The notes under the pieces were generated by a model. That model ran no database searches. It was not told the DNA's origin and saw only the letters and a program-made list of their open reading frames with translations. Made by a program: the position numbers and the translations under genes. 64,000 nt of DNA from Octopus bimaculoides (lineage: Eukaryota). Of the stretch, positions 1 through 14,151 are shown in pieces (the stretch's first letter is position 1; every line of letters begins with the position of its first letter). Location of the stretch: assembly GCF_001194135.2 (NCBI RefSeq), contig NC_068990.1, positions 5,652,972 through 5,716,971 on the forward strand, read 5' to 3'.

Positions 1-2524
1 TGTGGATAAGGAGGTTGTTATTTTAAATGGTAGAAGACAGAAGGCAGAGCTATATTAATGGTGTGTTATTTTTTTAAAAGTGTTTGAAACAGAAATTTGC
101 CTATCAAATCGTTGCAATGCTTCTAGGTGGGATATGTAGAACTGAAAAGCTTTGGAATGCAAAGATGCAAGATAACTGAATCTGCATATTTATTGAGTAT
201 AGAATGTACCCCCGTCTCTTTTCTGCAACGTTAACTTTACATGGAATGTAGCTAGCTCACTAGTTTCTCAAGATTGAAAAGTTTTAATAGCTTCATGCGT
301 TTATAGGAGTCAAATATTAGAAAGCGATTTCACAGTAAACTGATTTCACCACCCATTTGCAGCAATTTAATTCTATCGCATTGCTAATAAATGTAAGATA
401 AATGTTTTGTTCTAGCTTCCTAGCATGATGCCGATGAGGGATAAACATATTCCGTTCTTCCCGTATTAGTTTCCAGTATGTCACGGAAACATCCCCATTC
501 CAGACAATTCGTAATGTAAACTGAAGTATCTAAACCAGAAAGGATGAAACTATAAAAAAATTTACGAGGTTCATGAAAGATATCAGCTTAAAACAGAAGA
601 ATTCAACAGGAAACAAAAGTGGATGATCGTTGAAGAGAAACTATAACAAATGATGTGTGCGGTCTAGAAAATACGTTGCGATAAACTACTTGAAACTGCT
701 TTAAAGATAACATTATTAGAAATCAATAGTGAATATGCACGGAAAAAACATTAGGAACACAGATTTCATGTTCCTCATTGAAAAAAATGCCTTTTAAATG
801 AATGTGCTGCTAAAGAGGCAATGTGCTAAATATTTAAACCATATAAATTTTGTTGTGTGGAAGTTCTGAACTATAGTATAAAACAAAATAAAAAAGTGAC
901 AACGTTTGAAGGTAGGTTATATGTCTTTTGTGACTTGTATACTGATTTAGTTCATCTCACCACTTGCCTCTTCATCCCTGAATAACTGATGCCTCACAAC
1001 ACGTCTCACAGTAACCACCTCTTCGAAATAACGAAATAGAAGTAACAACTATGATACAATGGCTCACACCAGCCACCAGCTACCTCTCGAAAGTAATGAA
1101 ATACACTCAACACATACCACCACACTATCATTCAAATCAAAGAGAGCTCTCTAAAGATGTGAAATCGAAACAGTAAGTAAATGAAAGATAAAGCCGATGA
1201 CAAATTAAAGTATCGCCTGGTCTGACTTGGTTTGGCTACAGTGTCGTTACTTATCCCCACCCACCACCAAACGTGCAAAGTGGCGTTCGTGGATTTCAGC
1301 TGGCCTCAGCGTTCACCAAGGGAGTTTCTACATATTCGCACAAACTGTTAGAAACATTTCCCATATCTCCCTCAAATCACTTCCTATTGTTTTAAATGAA
1401 AGGTATGTTAGATAATGTTGTCTTTTGTGTACAAAAAGATGAGGTACTTTTTATTAGAATTCCTTTCATCTTTCGGTCAAGATTTATCTGGAGTAAAACA
1501 ACCACAACAACATACCAAGAAACTTTATTTCAAGACAACGAAGGCCCAAGTGCGGTCAAAGGTCCTTCCAGAAATAACAGAATTTCCCTCGCATTACATC
1601 CACTGATTTAAATTAAGAAAGGAACTACTAAACATTTTAGTTCTGTAGTTACAAGAAAAGAAAATTCATATAAACACACATACACACACACGCACACATA
1701 CACACACACGCACACACACACATGTATGTNNNNNNNNNNATATATACACTGCATGTATGCATATATCATACATACATTTTTGTTTGCTAAGACTCGGGGA
1801 AGAGACAGAGCTTAGTAAAGAATATCTGGTGAATACAAATATATTTTATTACACGCGCACAACGACTTTATCAGTTATTACAGCTGCATATTTCATATTT
1901 TCATGAACGAAAATATATATAATCACTTTTCCGAAGGTTTATAGCAAAAGCTCTTTCTCGATTTTTGCGTTGAAAATTAATTTAATAACTTTAGCTTCTG
2001 AAGATTATGATTTATTTAAAACATGTTTCCCTGTTACTTTACTAATGTAATTTTCGTGCAGATAGCAAGCAATTTTGTATAAAAAAATATTTTTCTTAAT
2101 ATTTTACGTAAGATTCCCAATTCTTTATTAATACTACCTCAAGAACTTTAAGTATCATCTTGCATTAAAATGCTTTCTACTGTCATTGAGATAGACGCTA
2201 AATTCTACATTTACTAAATTTATCTAGCTGTGCAAAATAGGTGCCAATAAAGTAGTTACCATGATAATCTGGAAACTTTAGTTGTGATATTCTGGCTTTC
2301 TGTCCTAGAGATAATATCTATCGTATTAGCTTAATAATGCAGAATTGAAAAGGGATAAGTTGCTTTTCTAAAAAATAGTATTAACGTATGTTTCTGACTC
2401 ACTATACATAGTAGCTTCAAACTCGGAACGCGCTGGTAAGAACTAAAATCATCAGTTAGACTGTTAGACAATCTGCATTATTATTAATTTCCGATGAATT
2501 AGAAGAGACGAGAGTTCATGGTCT

Positions 2525-2620
2525 TTTTCAAACCCTGTCAGAGAAAATTATACTCTCACAACGGAAATTCTGTCTTAGTGTCTGCAATAGAGTGGACCCT
2601 GCTAAAAACACATAAAAGCG
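2525..2620. repeat. Old interspersed repeat fragment, homologous to 6661-6760
   Basis: TCTGTCTTAGTGTCTGCAATAGAGTGGACCCTGCTAAAAAC aligns with CTTTGTCTAAATGCTTACAATGGAGTGGACTCCTCTAAAAAC near 6715-6755. Confidence 0.5.
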
Positions 2621-4324
2621 ATGTGCTGATGTTAAATTGGGTGTCCGATTGTGCCACCGACTCAATCACCTACATGAGTAGATGTGAACAACTCAAGCAT
2701 TATCAAACAGTATATATTTGTTTTGCAGTAAATAGTTGTTTTTCTAAAACGTCTCATTGTGCAACCACTTGCCGTAAGATAGGAAAGTTGGCTTGATGTT
2801 CTCATGTCTATTTTTAGGACCGACTAGCAATATAGTTACGAATGAAAATTCTATTTTGTTTTTCTTTTGTATATACTCTGAAAATAATTTATGGATATTG
2901 TTCAAAACATTTCCTATTAATTATGTTTCTATTCGATTTCTTTCATTCATCAGTCTTTGATTAGTCACTTGAAAGATAGCCACTCATATAAGGAAATGGT
3001 TTTCTGTTTTACACTTTTACCGAAACTTCATATTCACGTATGAAAACAAAAGAAGAATTGGAGTTTAAAAGAGGATTAAAGTATAGAGAATATGGTTGAT
3101 CAGATATTTTATAGACATAACAAGAAATATGATCAGACCACTGAAGAAAATTGAAAGAAAATACTACAGTACTTGAGGCCATAACAATGATATATTAGAA
3201 ATCTTTATGAATTTTTTCTTTTTTACATTTTCATATAACATTACTGTCTTCAATTGAATAAAAACTACTTTAGTAAAATTTGGGAGAAAATTGAATTTTT
3301 CAAAGAACTCTTAATATTCAGTAGCTAAGGATATGAAATTCATTTTCAATACAAAAATCAGGGAACAGCTTTCGCTATAACCTTCTGCAAGTTGATTATT
3401 TATTTTCGCTTTCAGAAATCTGCAGCTGTTATGAATAAAAGAGGTGTTTGTGTAACACAATGTTTTTGTATTCAACAGATATTTTGAAGCGTTATTAAAA
3501 CGCTAAAGAATCACGAATCAAACAAAATCAAAGTATGGATATTCTTTACGAAGATATTTCTAAACATATCTTCGATATAATATTATGGTGTGACTTTCTT
3601 TGAATGTTTTTTTTTTTTTTTCGTTTTCAGGCTGTGTATATTATTCCAATATTTTGTATGTAAAGCAAATAAAATATAATTTTACTCTTTTCGAATATCA
3701 CTGTGGATTTTATGCCATAGACACAATTTTTTACATTTCTGGATCATACAGTATTGTCCCTTTCGTAAAGGTGGTTTGATGGGACACCATGCTAACTGCC
3801 ATTTCATAAACTAGAGATTGTTTTCGTGCAATACTAAAATATTGTGAGCTAATGAAATTTTTGCGTATTTTGCGATCATGATATTTCGTATAGGAACCAA
3901 ATATAATACATTATTTTACTCTTTTCAAATATCAACATGGTTTGCTATCACAAAGACACAACTTGTTGCGTATCTAAGGTCTACAGCATCGCATATTTTG
4001 ATATTTTGGTTTTATAGTCCACTGCACCAACCGCTTTCTCCTAAACCAGAATATTTTCATTTAGGAATAGTTCAATTAAAGCATAGGTAGCTAATAGCCA
4101 TTGAGAGTTAAATGTAACGGACAGAACACATTGTAACACAGACTGTTTGTAAATTAAGAAATTCTTATTTATTTGATCTTCTACTTCTCTTATTGAGAGT
4201 GTTGATGTACGATGTTCTCAGAAATGAATTCGTAAAATAGAAGCCCACGAGAAATACATTATGTGACTGTCTCGACCTGCAAGAAATACAACTAAATCTT
4301 ATTCAAATTAAACTTTCTCTATTT

Positions 4325-4445
4325 AAAAAAGAAACGTCACATTGGGTAAAGTAATGCAGTGCCCGGAAATAAATGGAATGGTCACTATTGGAATGGCACT
4401 ATTCATAGATCACATCGGCCATCACTGATCCAGGGTTAAACAATT
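4325..4445 (+). mobile_element. Degenerate SINE 3' tail (AAC-tailed family)
   Basis: GGAATGGTCACTATTGGAATGGCACTATTCATAGATC...CCAGGGTTAAACAA is the reverse complement of the tail motif seen at 5095-5150, 6035-6135, 7135-7220, 9640-9750 and 61780-61850. Confidence 0.5.
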
Positions 4446-5744
4446 GTATGACTAACAAGGAATTTCATTCAATCTATAATATTCACAAAGAATGATCGCC
4501 CTACGCTTTTCTGCTACGATTTTGAACTTATCAACAGATTTTGGTTTGATCAGTTTAACAAAATAGAATTTCCTCCTGATAGAATAATTTACACGAATAC
4601 AAAAAGATTGCATTTCTTCTATCAATTCCAATACAATGGAAGCCAGCACTTTCCAAAAGCTGACTAACTGACAATGATTACACTTTCCCAAGAAAAATTA
4701 CTGACATAACTCAAGTTCAATAATTTACAAACTGGAACACAACTGGAACAATTCTGTGGATTCAGCTTTTTAGGGAATGTATTATTTATACTTGAATAAG
4801 TCAACTCTTTGCTTATACATCGATAAAAAGAAACTCATCGTGTCGTCTAAGACATATTAAAGTTTATATACTTTGTATAATTTCTTTTTTTCTCATTATA
4901 TATTATATCACATTGATTCGACATGACAGTTGCATTAAGAGGTACGTGTTTGAGGAATGCTCAATAAAGAACACGTTAATTTCCCGAGTGGTAATATTCA
5001 GTTCATTGAACATCGTCCAAACCGACGAAGAAACCACCTTCTTTTTTTCATTTTCGCCTATTAAATTATTTCACCGAATAAAGGAGTGAGTTATTGTTGT
5101 TGTAGTCCTATGGTGAAAGGCATTCCAGCTGTGACCATCCCGCTCTTTTTTAAAATATGTAAAAAAAAACACAAAATATTTTTGGCTTTTCTTTTTCTTA
5201 GTATACGGAATGGCGATATAGAGGCCTTTGGCTGAAATTTCTAACTTACACAATGATGACATGGATGCCTCGCTTTGCAACGAAGACAATGAGTTTTCAG
5301 AAATTGTAGAGCTATTCTAGATGCTTTACAATATTTATATAAATATACACAGATTATGTGTCCCTTTTCCCTCTATTTTGAGCTCATACCCCACTGGCTT
5401 ATCTTGCCTTTCATCTTTTGCAATTTTGATAAAGAAGGCAAACAAGTTGTGTAAGCAACCAATTATATTGTACTTATCATATATAAATTATTGTTTGAAT
5501 GAACAACGATTCGGTTTTAACTCCTATTTTTAATAACTCAGTCAGAGGAAGAAGGAATGAACTTTGACATTTTTCAAGCTTCCCAAGACAAGTAATCGAA
5601 GTAGAGGAGGCTGACATCAGACGGAAGAGCTCGCCAAATAGAATAGAGTAAAATCAGCTAAAAGGAACTAAATTCACTAGTTGGTGGTGTTAAACAGGCG
5701 GACATATTTTGACTTCACTCAAAGGACAGAACTGTTGAATTTTC

Positions 5745-5890
5745 ATTCGGTTTCCAGCACCCAAATTTCATTCCCAAGGCTTAAGTTAACCTGAGGCTTC
5801 GGTAGACGACACTTTCTAAGGTACTGCACAGTCGGTGTGAAGTGAGAATCGTGTGACTGAGAGGCAAACTTCTGAACCCTAACACTCCTT
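5745..5890 (-). mobile_element. Diverged tRNA-derived SINE head (same family as 28678-29092)
   Basis: TTCGGTTTCCAGCACCCAAATTTCATTCCCAAGGC...AGACGACACTTTCTAAGGTACTGCACAGT aligns with the better-preserved copies at 44395-44560 and 56015-56171. Confidence 0.6.
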
Positions 5891-6660
5891 CCGTTTTAAC
5901 TACACAGTTATTACTGCGTTCGTAATTAGTTAAAGGAAGAATATTCTACGATGGTCTATTCCATATCACAATTTCCACATACTTCACTTTGTCACAGATT
6001 CAACAAGACATAACTGTAGATGTTACATTTTCTGTTGTTGTTGATGTTCTTTTCTAACCCCAGATCATTTCTCAACAGAGAGATATATAATCAAAAATAT
6101 TTCAAACATGATCTTCCAGCCATTTTTTTTCTTTTCAGATACAGTGTGTCTTAGACATTATTATCCAATATGCTCTTTCTATTTTAAAATTATTCGAGAG
6201 ATTGGCTGCTATTTCTAATAGATGACGCGATCGCGTAGAGGCTCCACTATTAGTTGGTGCATAAGTAACAGTAATATTAATACAGTGATCAGATAAAGCA
6301 TGAATCGTGTTGTATTGACGTAACTTTTATCAAACAAATGCCTCAGGATACCTATAAAATATAACGTATCTGTTACGATTAATTTCATGCAGGCCACCAC
6401 AGAAAACTTCGTTTCGCTTAGTGGGTTGTCTGTTTGTCTTTAACTTTACATTATATTTGTAAAAATGAAAAGCAATTCTCCCATAAATTAACTTCAAATT
6501 AATGTTGAAAAACGTATATTTTATTTACGATCAGTAAATAGAGGAAAGTTGTTAATCTAGATACAGAACACTTGTCCCTTTTTCTCCTTCGATGACTGAA
6601 ATTTTTTATCTGATAGTCAGGAAGGAAAGAAGGCAGTGTTCATGAATCTTTACAGGTCCC

Positions 6661-6895
6661 CCATCTTTGAAAAAAGAGGAAAGGTATCCTCAAACAGAAG
6701 ACTTTGTCTAAATGCTTACAATGGAGTGGACTCCTCTAAAAACGCCCAAGGTTCCAAGTGATGTGTACTAAACCAGGCAACGGTTTACGTCTAAGTGGCC
6801 ATTGGCGAGATTTGAATCTAAGCTTAAAAAGCTGGAACAAATACCGCAAGATATTTAGTCGGACATTCTTTCACTTCCGCCATTCTACCACCGAA
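6661..6895 (-). mobile_element. Cluster of degenerate repeat/SINE fragments
   Basis: The GAGTGGAC motif is shared with 2525-2620, followed by GAGATTTGAATC...GAACAAATACCGCAAGATATTT, a reverse-strand SINE head (B-box-like GATTCAAAT). Confidence 0.5.
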
Positions 6896-7134
6896 ATTGA
6901 TAATTTGAACTCGGAGCAGAGAAATTTACAATAAACACCGTGAGGCATGCTATGCAAGGCTCTAGTGATTCGGCTCCTTCGGTGCTTATATTTACTATAA
7001 ACATCAGAATTTCCGTCTTCTCTCGTTATTTGAACTTATATGTTCTTAGTAATCGTTCGTACACTCGACTTACACATAAAACTTTTGTCGATCATGAAAG
7101 TTAAAATACATAGGACAGACATGTATCTGTTGTC

Positions 7135-7220
7135 ATTATTGTTGTTTTTCGTTCTGCAGTCGGCCCCGACTGAGCAGATTTAGAACTCAAGCTTTTCAGT
7201 ATGACTATTACATTTTTTCT
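7135..7220 (-). mobile_element. SINE 3' tail fragment
   Basis: GTTGTT...GTCGGCCCCGACTGAGCAGATTTAGAACTCAAGCTTTTCAGTATGAC; same motif as 9685-9740 and 61810-61845. Confidence 0.5.
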
Positions 7221-7299
7221 TTCATAAAATATACAATTTACTTTAGTTATGTGTGATTTGAATAAAGTTGGTTCTTATTTCTAGCATTCCAAATGAGTT

Positions 7300-7515
7300 G
7301 TTAGACGTTCCCCAGTTGGCTCATTCGTATTGCAGCCGATACTGTTTGTGTATCACAAATCAAGAAATTGCATTAATAACATTCGGTCTTTGCGTCTTTA
7401 CTGAATTAAATAGTTTCTCCCAATCTACTACCATTGATGTCGGGTTAGTATCATTTGAACCAGGAATTATCTCAGAAAACTTTTTCAATGCATATTCTAA
7501 GTGGTTGGTAAAAGC
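7300..7515 (-). pseudogene. Possible decayed MULE/Mutator-like transposase fragment
   Basis: The minus frame reads AFTNHLEYALKKFSEIIPGSNDTNPTSMVVDWEKLFNSVKTQRPNVINAIS*. This loosely matches the MULE second-Asp region (NP.S...DFE.A..N.....P); judged by eye only. Confidence 0.25.
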
Positions 7516-8190
7516 CTATACTTTGTTTCTGAAAATTTTATCATTGCGTCTTAAGACAGAATTTATTGACACTAATTATAAAATCTATTTCTGAGATTAT
7601 GAATTAATTTAAGTCTAACATTTAGTCGAATCTAAAATCAATTTGAGATGATGACATTGTCAGCTTCACCGTTGACAACGAACGCAAGTATCCAGACAAA
7701 AACATGGAGATACATTTACTTTAACAAATTGAATACGATACTAAAAAAAATGTTATTTTTTATTTAAATATTCTAACAACGGATTTTGCTATTTTTTTTT
7801 TAAATCAAAAGTAGAATATAACAAAAAATCAAATGTGTGTTGCATAGTTACCATTCATTCTCAGATAATTGTTCTAATAATAATCACTTTTAAGCAATCG
7901 TCATATGTTCAATACTTTCAAAATTTAGAATTATTCAGTTGCAAACCAAAAGGTCATTGCAGATTAAGAATCTATATCTGTTCACCGGGGATAATTTTTT
8001 CAATACACTGAAATTTTTTAAAAACTTTATTTATTTATACTTCATTATTTATTTGTCTCCTCAGCTATTCTACTTCATCAAATCGCTTCTTATACATCTT
8101 CTTCCAGTGTCTCACATATCTGCTGATACTGTTTTCTTCAATCTGTCATCATCTAGAATTAGTAAATAATGAGAGACGGATGGATTACGA

Positions 8191-8232
<42 letters not shown>

Positions 8233-9639
8233 TGTATGTATGTATCTATGTATGTATAACTTTGGTTATTCAGAAAGTTGGCGACATAAAGAGAACGGCA
8301 AGTAATATTAATAGAATCAATCAGACTAGAAATAAAACTATTATTAGATTTGATTTATTGATAAATAATATATTACTAAAATACATTAATGAGACTTAGG
8401 AAATATCTTGTTCTGCTATTTTTCTTGTAAGTTTAGTTACTCTTATTGTGACATAACTTCAACTGAAATATACAGCTAACATTGAAATACTCTGCTAGCA
8501 CACTGATATGATTATCTATATAACCAAACGAACGAATACTAACCCATTGCCATCACACTGCCATATCAATAGCCAACCATGAAATCTCAACTCTACAGCT
8601 ATTGTCAGTGCTATGAGTAAAAGTTCCTCACTCCTGTAAACTATGCAAACACATGAGTATTGTAAAATTAGCTGTTTTGATTCTGGTTCATTATCGATGT
8701 TCAATGAAAGCAGTAAGTTTGAAAAATTGAATTGTATTCAAACTAGTGGACTATGTGAAGCTTTACACACTTTCACATGGTTACATATTCTAGTATCTCC
8801 CCACGGCTTGATTCATAATACGTCTCAAAACCATTAGTATCTTATGAAAAGCTCTGTAACAGCAATCTGGTAGTTACAGAAGACAAGTGTTACACTCTTT
8901 CTGAGAAGAAATATATTTTTTATTCTTACAGGGCATAAGTTATTCATTTTTAACTTGAGCAAAAACAAAAAAGAATTCAAACAAAAAACCCGAACGTGTT
9001 TGGAAAAATGTATAATCGATGGAATCGATCCAGTTGCATCACTATATTCTATCAAACGAGAGAGGTGAAGGTGAGAGTAACCCACAGCGTTGGTCTGGCT
9101 CTCTATCGTTGCTACAGTTCTACTGCTGACTGGTTTTCTAGTGAGGAAATATGCAACGCTCAGTAGTGTTAACTTCTGCGAAGACTACAACACTGAATCT
9201 CATTCAGGTTTATGGGTAATGAATGTATTATAGTGCGTTTCATGAGTCAGTATATTGGATAAGAAATTTACGGAGAAATGTCCATGGTCTACAAATCTTT
9301 CCTAAGCAGTTGTAAAACCGAATAAACTGCCGACGCGGCCCATTACTTACTTCCACAGATCATTCGACACTTCAAGTAGCCAACTTGCTTCAAGTACCCT
9401 TGTGTTAAACGTACAAGTGGCAAACTTTCTCATGGATTGGATCCGTGATTCGTTAACGTAATTTATTGGTCCTTACCAAAAGGAAAAATATAAATTGAAT
9501 GGAAGATGCAGAATCAAACAGCACTTTAATTTAGATTACAAAACTGTTAAAGAGGACATATTTAATTATCTTCTCTTTTTATATGTCCTGAGAACAAAAC
9601 AATCAGAAGCGCATCTATCTTCGTATATATCGCCGTTGT

Positions 9640-9750
9640 TGCTGTTATAGTTATTGTCGTTGTTGATATTGCTGCTTTGCCTCAGGTCAGTCCGCCGGAC
9701 TGAGTCGTAGATGAGCAGACTTATAAACAAAGGGTATTCAATAACAACAG
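9640..9750 (-). mobile_element. SINE 3' tail fragment
   Basis: A (GTT)-rich tail followed by CAGGTCAG...GAGCAGACTTATAAACAAAGGGTATTCA. Confidence 0.5.
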
Positions 9751-10448
9751 TATCTAACATGTTCACTTTTTGTTGTTCTTTAAGACTGTAGCTCGTGAGC
9801 TGAGGGATGTGGATTCGATTTATATTTCTGGCCTTTCATGCGACCACGAATTTTTCAAGGTTCATAAAATATTTACCAGCCAACGTTATAGCTACATCGA
9901 TTAAACCAACTACGTCGCATCAGTACAAATTTTTGACCTTGTACTAACATGAATAATAATTTCTTTGAAATATCGCATATTATGAAATTGGTCAAACACT
10001 CAGCAGAACCTGAATTCTTACCTCTGTTCTTTCACCTAGTAATCAATAATGTCTGCCAGTTGACGTGTTCTTTTCTCTCTGCTGTATCGTTCGTTCCTTT
10101 ATATGTTGGCGTAGTCAAATTTAGCAATCGCTCTCTTTATCTCCTACCATTGAAACTATAACTTCATCCATCATATTGTCTTCGAACAGAGACTCACATA
10201 TATGTCATGACACCATCAGCCAAAATAATTTGAACAACATGAAACACATACACATTTCTCTTCTATCTTCCTCTTTCTGTGTGTCTGTCTCTCTTTGTCT
10301 CTCTGTGTGGGTTTTTTTTCTTCCTCTCTGTATGCGAACATATATATATACGCACACGCACGTACACACGCATATATGAATGTATACATATATAAACATA
10401 TGCATATACATATGTGTGTATGTATATATATTTACGTGCGTATGCATA

Positions 10449-10480
<32 letters not shown>

Positions 10481-10685
10481 NNNNNNNNNNNNNNNNNNNN
10501 NNNNNNNNNNNNNNNNNNNNNNNNNNNNNNNNNNNNNNNNNNNNNNNNNNNNNNNNNNNNNNNNNNNNNNNNNNNNNNNNNNNNNNNNNNNNNNNNNNNN
10601 NNNNNNNNNNNNNNNNNNNNNNNNNNNNNNNNNNNNNNNNNNNNNNNNNNNNNNNNNNNNNNNNNTATATATAATATACAAGAAT

Positions 10686-10918
10686 AAGGACAGAGAATCG
10701 TCAATTAATAATTAATAATTGGGCTGAAGATTGGAATAGTGAAATTTCCATTCACTTAACCATGAAACGATTCGTATCCAATTAACTAAAGGCTTGGTTT
10801 GTTTACGCTTTAGAGAAAAATTTAGAGAAAAATTTGTAGTTTGGAATCAGTAGTTCTTTGACTGCTATTTCTAAATTTTCAGTATGTTGGAGAAGCAACT
10901 CAATTGCTAATCCCTGTA
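10686..10918 (+). mobile_element. Non-autonomous DNA element (MITE, Tc1/mariner-type TA-CAGGG ends), copy 1
   Basis: The left end GGACAGAGAATCGTCAATTAATAATT, the interior and the right end CAATTGCTAATCCCTGTA are colinear with the reverse complement of 14152-14633, apart from an indel. There is a local tandem duplication of TTTAGAGAAAAA at about 10809-10832. Confidence 0.7.
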
Positions 10919-10956
<38 letters not shown>

Positions 10957-10994
10957 TATATACATACATACATACACACACACANNNNNNNNNN

Positions 10995-11052
<58 letters not shown>

Positions 11053-11829
11053 CTATTTATAAACAAGTGTTCATTTAGCTACTCATACTAGCACCCTACA
11101 CATACACACTGATATTGATGATCAGACAAAAATACCTATGCACATATTTATCCAACGCAATATGTATATTTAAACAGTCAATGTATCTCTCGTCCAAGGA
11201 AACTTATACGTTTATATACAAACCGATATATACTTATATGTACGCATACACATCCTTAGAAAAACTAATAGAAACAAACAGGAAATTGATATCATAAGTG
11301 CTCACATATGCATACATACACTCGAAACAAACACATATATACAAACAGAAATATATACACATGACCATTATTAAATGAAATACTTACATTTATTTACGTA
11401 AACTGTTTAGTTAGAAGATCATAAGACATTTTCGCTGCAAGCAAAACTATTACACATATACACACGAATGGACACATATGTGTACGCGCGGAGGGGGATG
11501 TTGATGTGCAAGTATTTATATGTATGTACACATTTAGCTACAGTAATAAAACCAAACTGTAAAAAGAAAATTTCCCCCTAAAAGAACACCATTCATGCCC
11601 TCGTGATATGAATTTCAATGTGAAGATATTAAAAACAAATTGTGTCTGGGAATCTAATATCCTCTCAAGATCTACTACCTAGAAACAATTTGAATTTCAT
11701 CGATCTCCAAGGCATTTGAAATAACACACAGATGATTTCGTGCGCTTGACGCACTTAGCTTTGAGCCGGGCACGCTGAGCGACCATATTGCCCAACCATA
11801 TTGTGTGTATATATATATATATATGTGTG

Positions 11830-11877
<48 letters not shown>

Positions 11878-12180
11878 TATGCATACATATATATGTATAT
11901 ATATATATGTATGTATATATAAATATATATATATATATATAAGTATATATATACATATATATTTGTATATATATATGCATACATATATATGCATACATAT
12001 ATATGCATATATATATGTATATATATGTATATATGTATATATACATATATATGTGTGTGTGTGTGTGTGTGTATAACAAAGTTATTTTATTCCACCCGAG
12101 TAGAAATATAGGAAATATTGAATTTGAAAATGCACTGAGAATAGTTAAAATATTTTTTATTGATATAGTTAAAGCTTTAA

Positions 12181-12400
12181 GGCGGCGAATTGGCAGAAGC
12201 GTTAGCACGCCGGGCGAAATGCTTTGGGGTATTCAGTCTATATTTACGTTCTGAGTTCAAATTCCGCCGGGTCAACTTTGCCTTTCATCCTTTCGGGGTC
12301 GATAAATTAAGTTACAGTCGCGTATTGGGGTCGATCTAATCGACTGGGGATCTTCCCCAAAAATCACGTGTTCATTCCTTACAAAGACTTGATAGAAAAC
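12181..12400 (+). mobile_element. Near-full-length tRNA-derived SINE (GGCGG-headed octopus-type family)
   Basis: GGCGGCGAATTGGCAGAAGCGTTAGCACGCCGGGCGAAATGC head with A-box-like motif, B-box GAGTTCAAATTCC, and body CTTTGCCTTTCATCCTTTCGGGGTCGATAAATTAAG. Homologous copies at 22168, 41557, 46255, 46489, 59595 and 59820. Confidence 0.85.
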
Positions 12401-12714
12401 ATTCAGAGAATTGTTTGGACATGTTCAGTCAACCGTGTGAGCCTTAACTACGACGCCAAACATTGTCACTTGATACTAACACACGGACGTAGCGGGGAAC
12501 CGACAAAAAATTCCCAAGACCAGTCATGTGACTATCCTCTACCAATCAAATCCTATTCAAGACATACTAATCTGAGCCATTGACTCCCTATAAAGATATG
12601 GTAAGCTTTAAACTACGAAACCGGTTAAAGCTTTGAATATATTATTAAAAAATATTTTAACTATTCCCAGTGCATTTTCAACTTCTATTTTCCCTACATA
12701 TATATATATATATA

Positions 12715-12960
12715 TACCGTTATGTTTCGGAATGATCATTTTGATTCCTCGTTCGTTTTGTTTTCTCGCCAAATAAACACACGCACTATATATTCATTCT
12801 TCACTCGTTTATAATAGTTCATATTTTATCCTATGTCCATTCTCTGGGAGTCCTTTGTAACACATCTGTGACCTCTTCAGCCACTCTTTCCGTGTGTATC
12901 CTCCTGCTCCCCTTAGTCTATTCTGTCCTTCTATGATGTGTATCCTTATCTGGCCACGCT
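12715..12960 (-). mobile_element. Penelope-like pLTR remnant with degenerate hammerhead-type motif
   Basis: The minus strand reads CGAACGAGGAATCAAAATGATCATTCCGAAACAT (GGAAT/ATTCC stem followed by GAAAC), next to a (TA)n tract. Confidence 0.35.
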
Positions 12961-13029
12961 TTTGCGTCTGTATCTCTGTGTGTGCGCGTTTGTGTGCACG
13001 TGTGCGGACGCGTGTCTATGTGTTTTACA

Positions 13030-13200
<171 letters not shown>

Positions 13201-13713
13201 ACGAGTATATCATAACCACATTGCTTTGCGTTACTTGAGAGACTCTTATCCTGTTACGACGATCTTGAAGCAGCCCAATCAGGTTTAAAATATATAAATA
13301 AATGCTGCAAAGCAAATTCTGTACACTTAAAATGTTTATGGTGTATAACATGGTCGATATGTCAACAAGAAGCCACTTCAAAATCTATGTGACTCAGTGA
13401 CCAGGGAAAACAATCTATTTTCGTACACTTTTACTGGTTCCAGACAGTAGGATATGGAGAAACTCATTCAACAACAGAAATTATAAGTATTTCCTTTCAC
13501 TGATGTCAACTGAGAGATCATATCTCTGGCCTCTACAATAGTAATACGCTCACACGCATTTCTCCGGACATATATAAACAAAAACACAAACTGACGTACT
13601 ACTAGCCTCAATGATGAATTTCTTATATTCAGTCATCGAATGCATATTACATTCACACGTACATACACACTTATAAACCTCACTCTTTCCCTCTTTCTCT
13701 TCCTATCTATCTT

Positions 13714-13796
<83 letters not shown>

Positions 13797-14151
13797 TTCT
13801 CTCATACTATATATACACACACATACACACGAACAAATTTGAAAAGTCAATAACCTGGATAGAGAACACTTACAAACGTGTCGAAAGACAATATCCGCCA
13901 AACTTATTTGCATACAAAAATACATTCACCCGAATGCACATAAATGCATTCTTACATAGGTATATATAATATACATTTTTACATACGTGCATGTATGTAT
14001 ATATTTATGCATGTATGTATATACGTACGTACATAGACATATATATATACATACATACGTACGTACACACATATGTACATATACATATATACCTAAGTGC
14101 ATATGTATATATGTAATTATATATGTATGTATGTATATTTGTAATCATAAA

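Noticed and set aside
12181-12260. tRNA genes at the SINE heads (also 28678, 41557, 55688)
   Set aside because: Only A/B-box-like motifs, no complete cloverleaf, and each continues into a SINE body.
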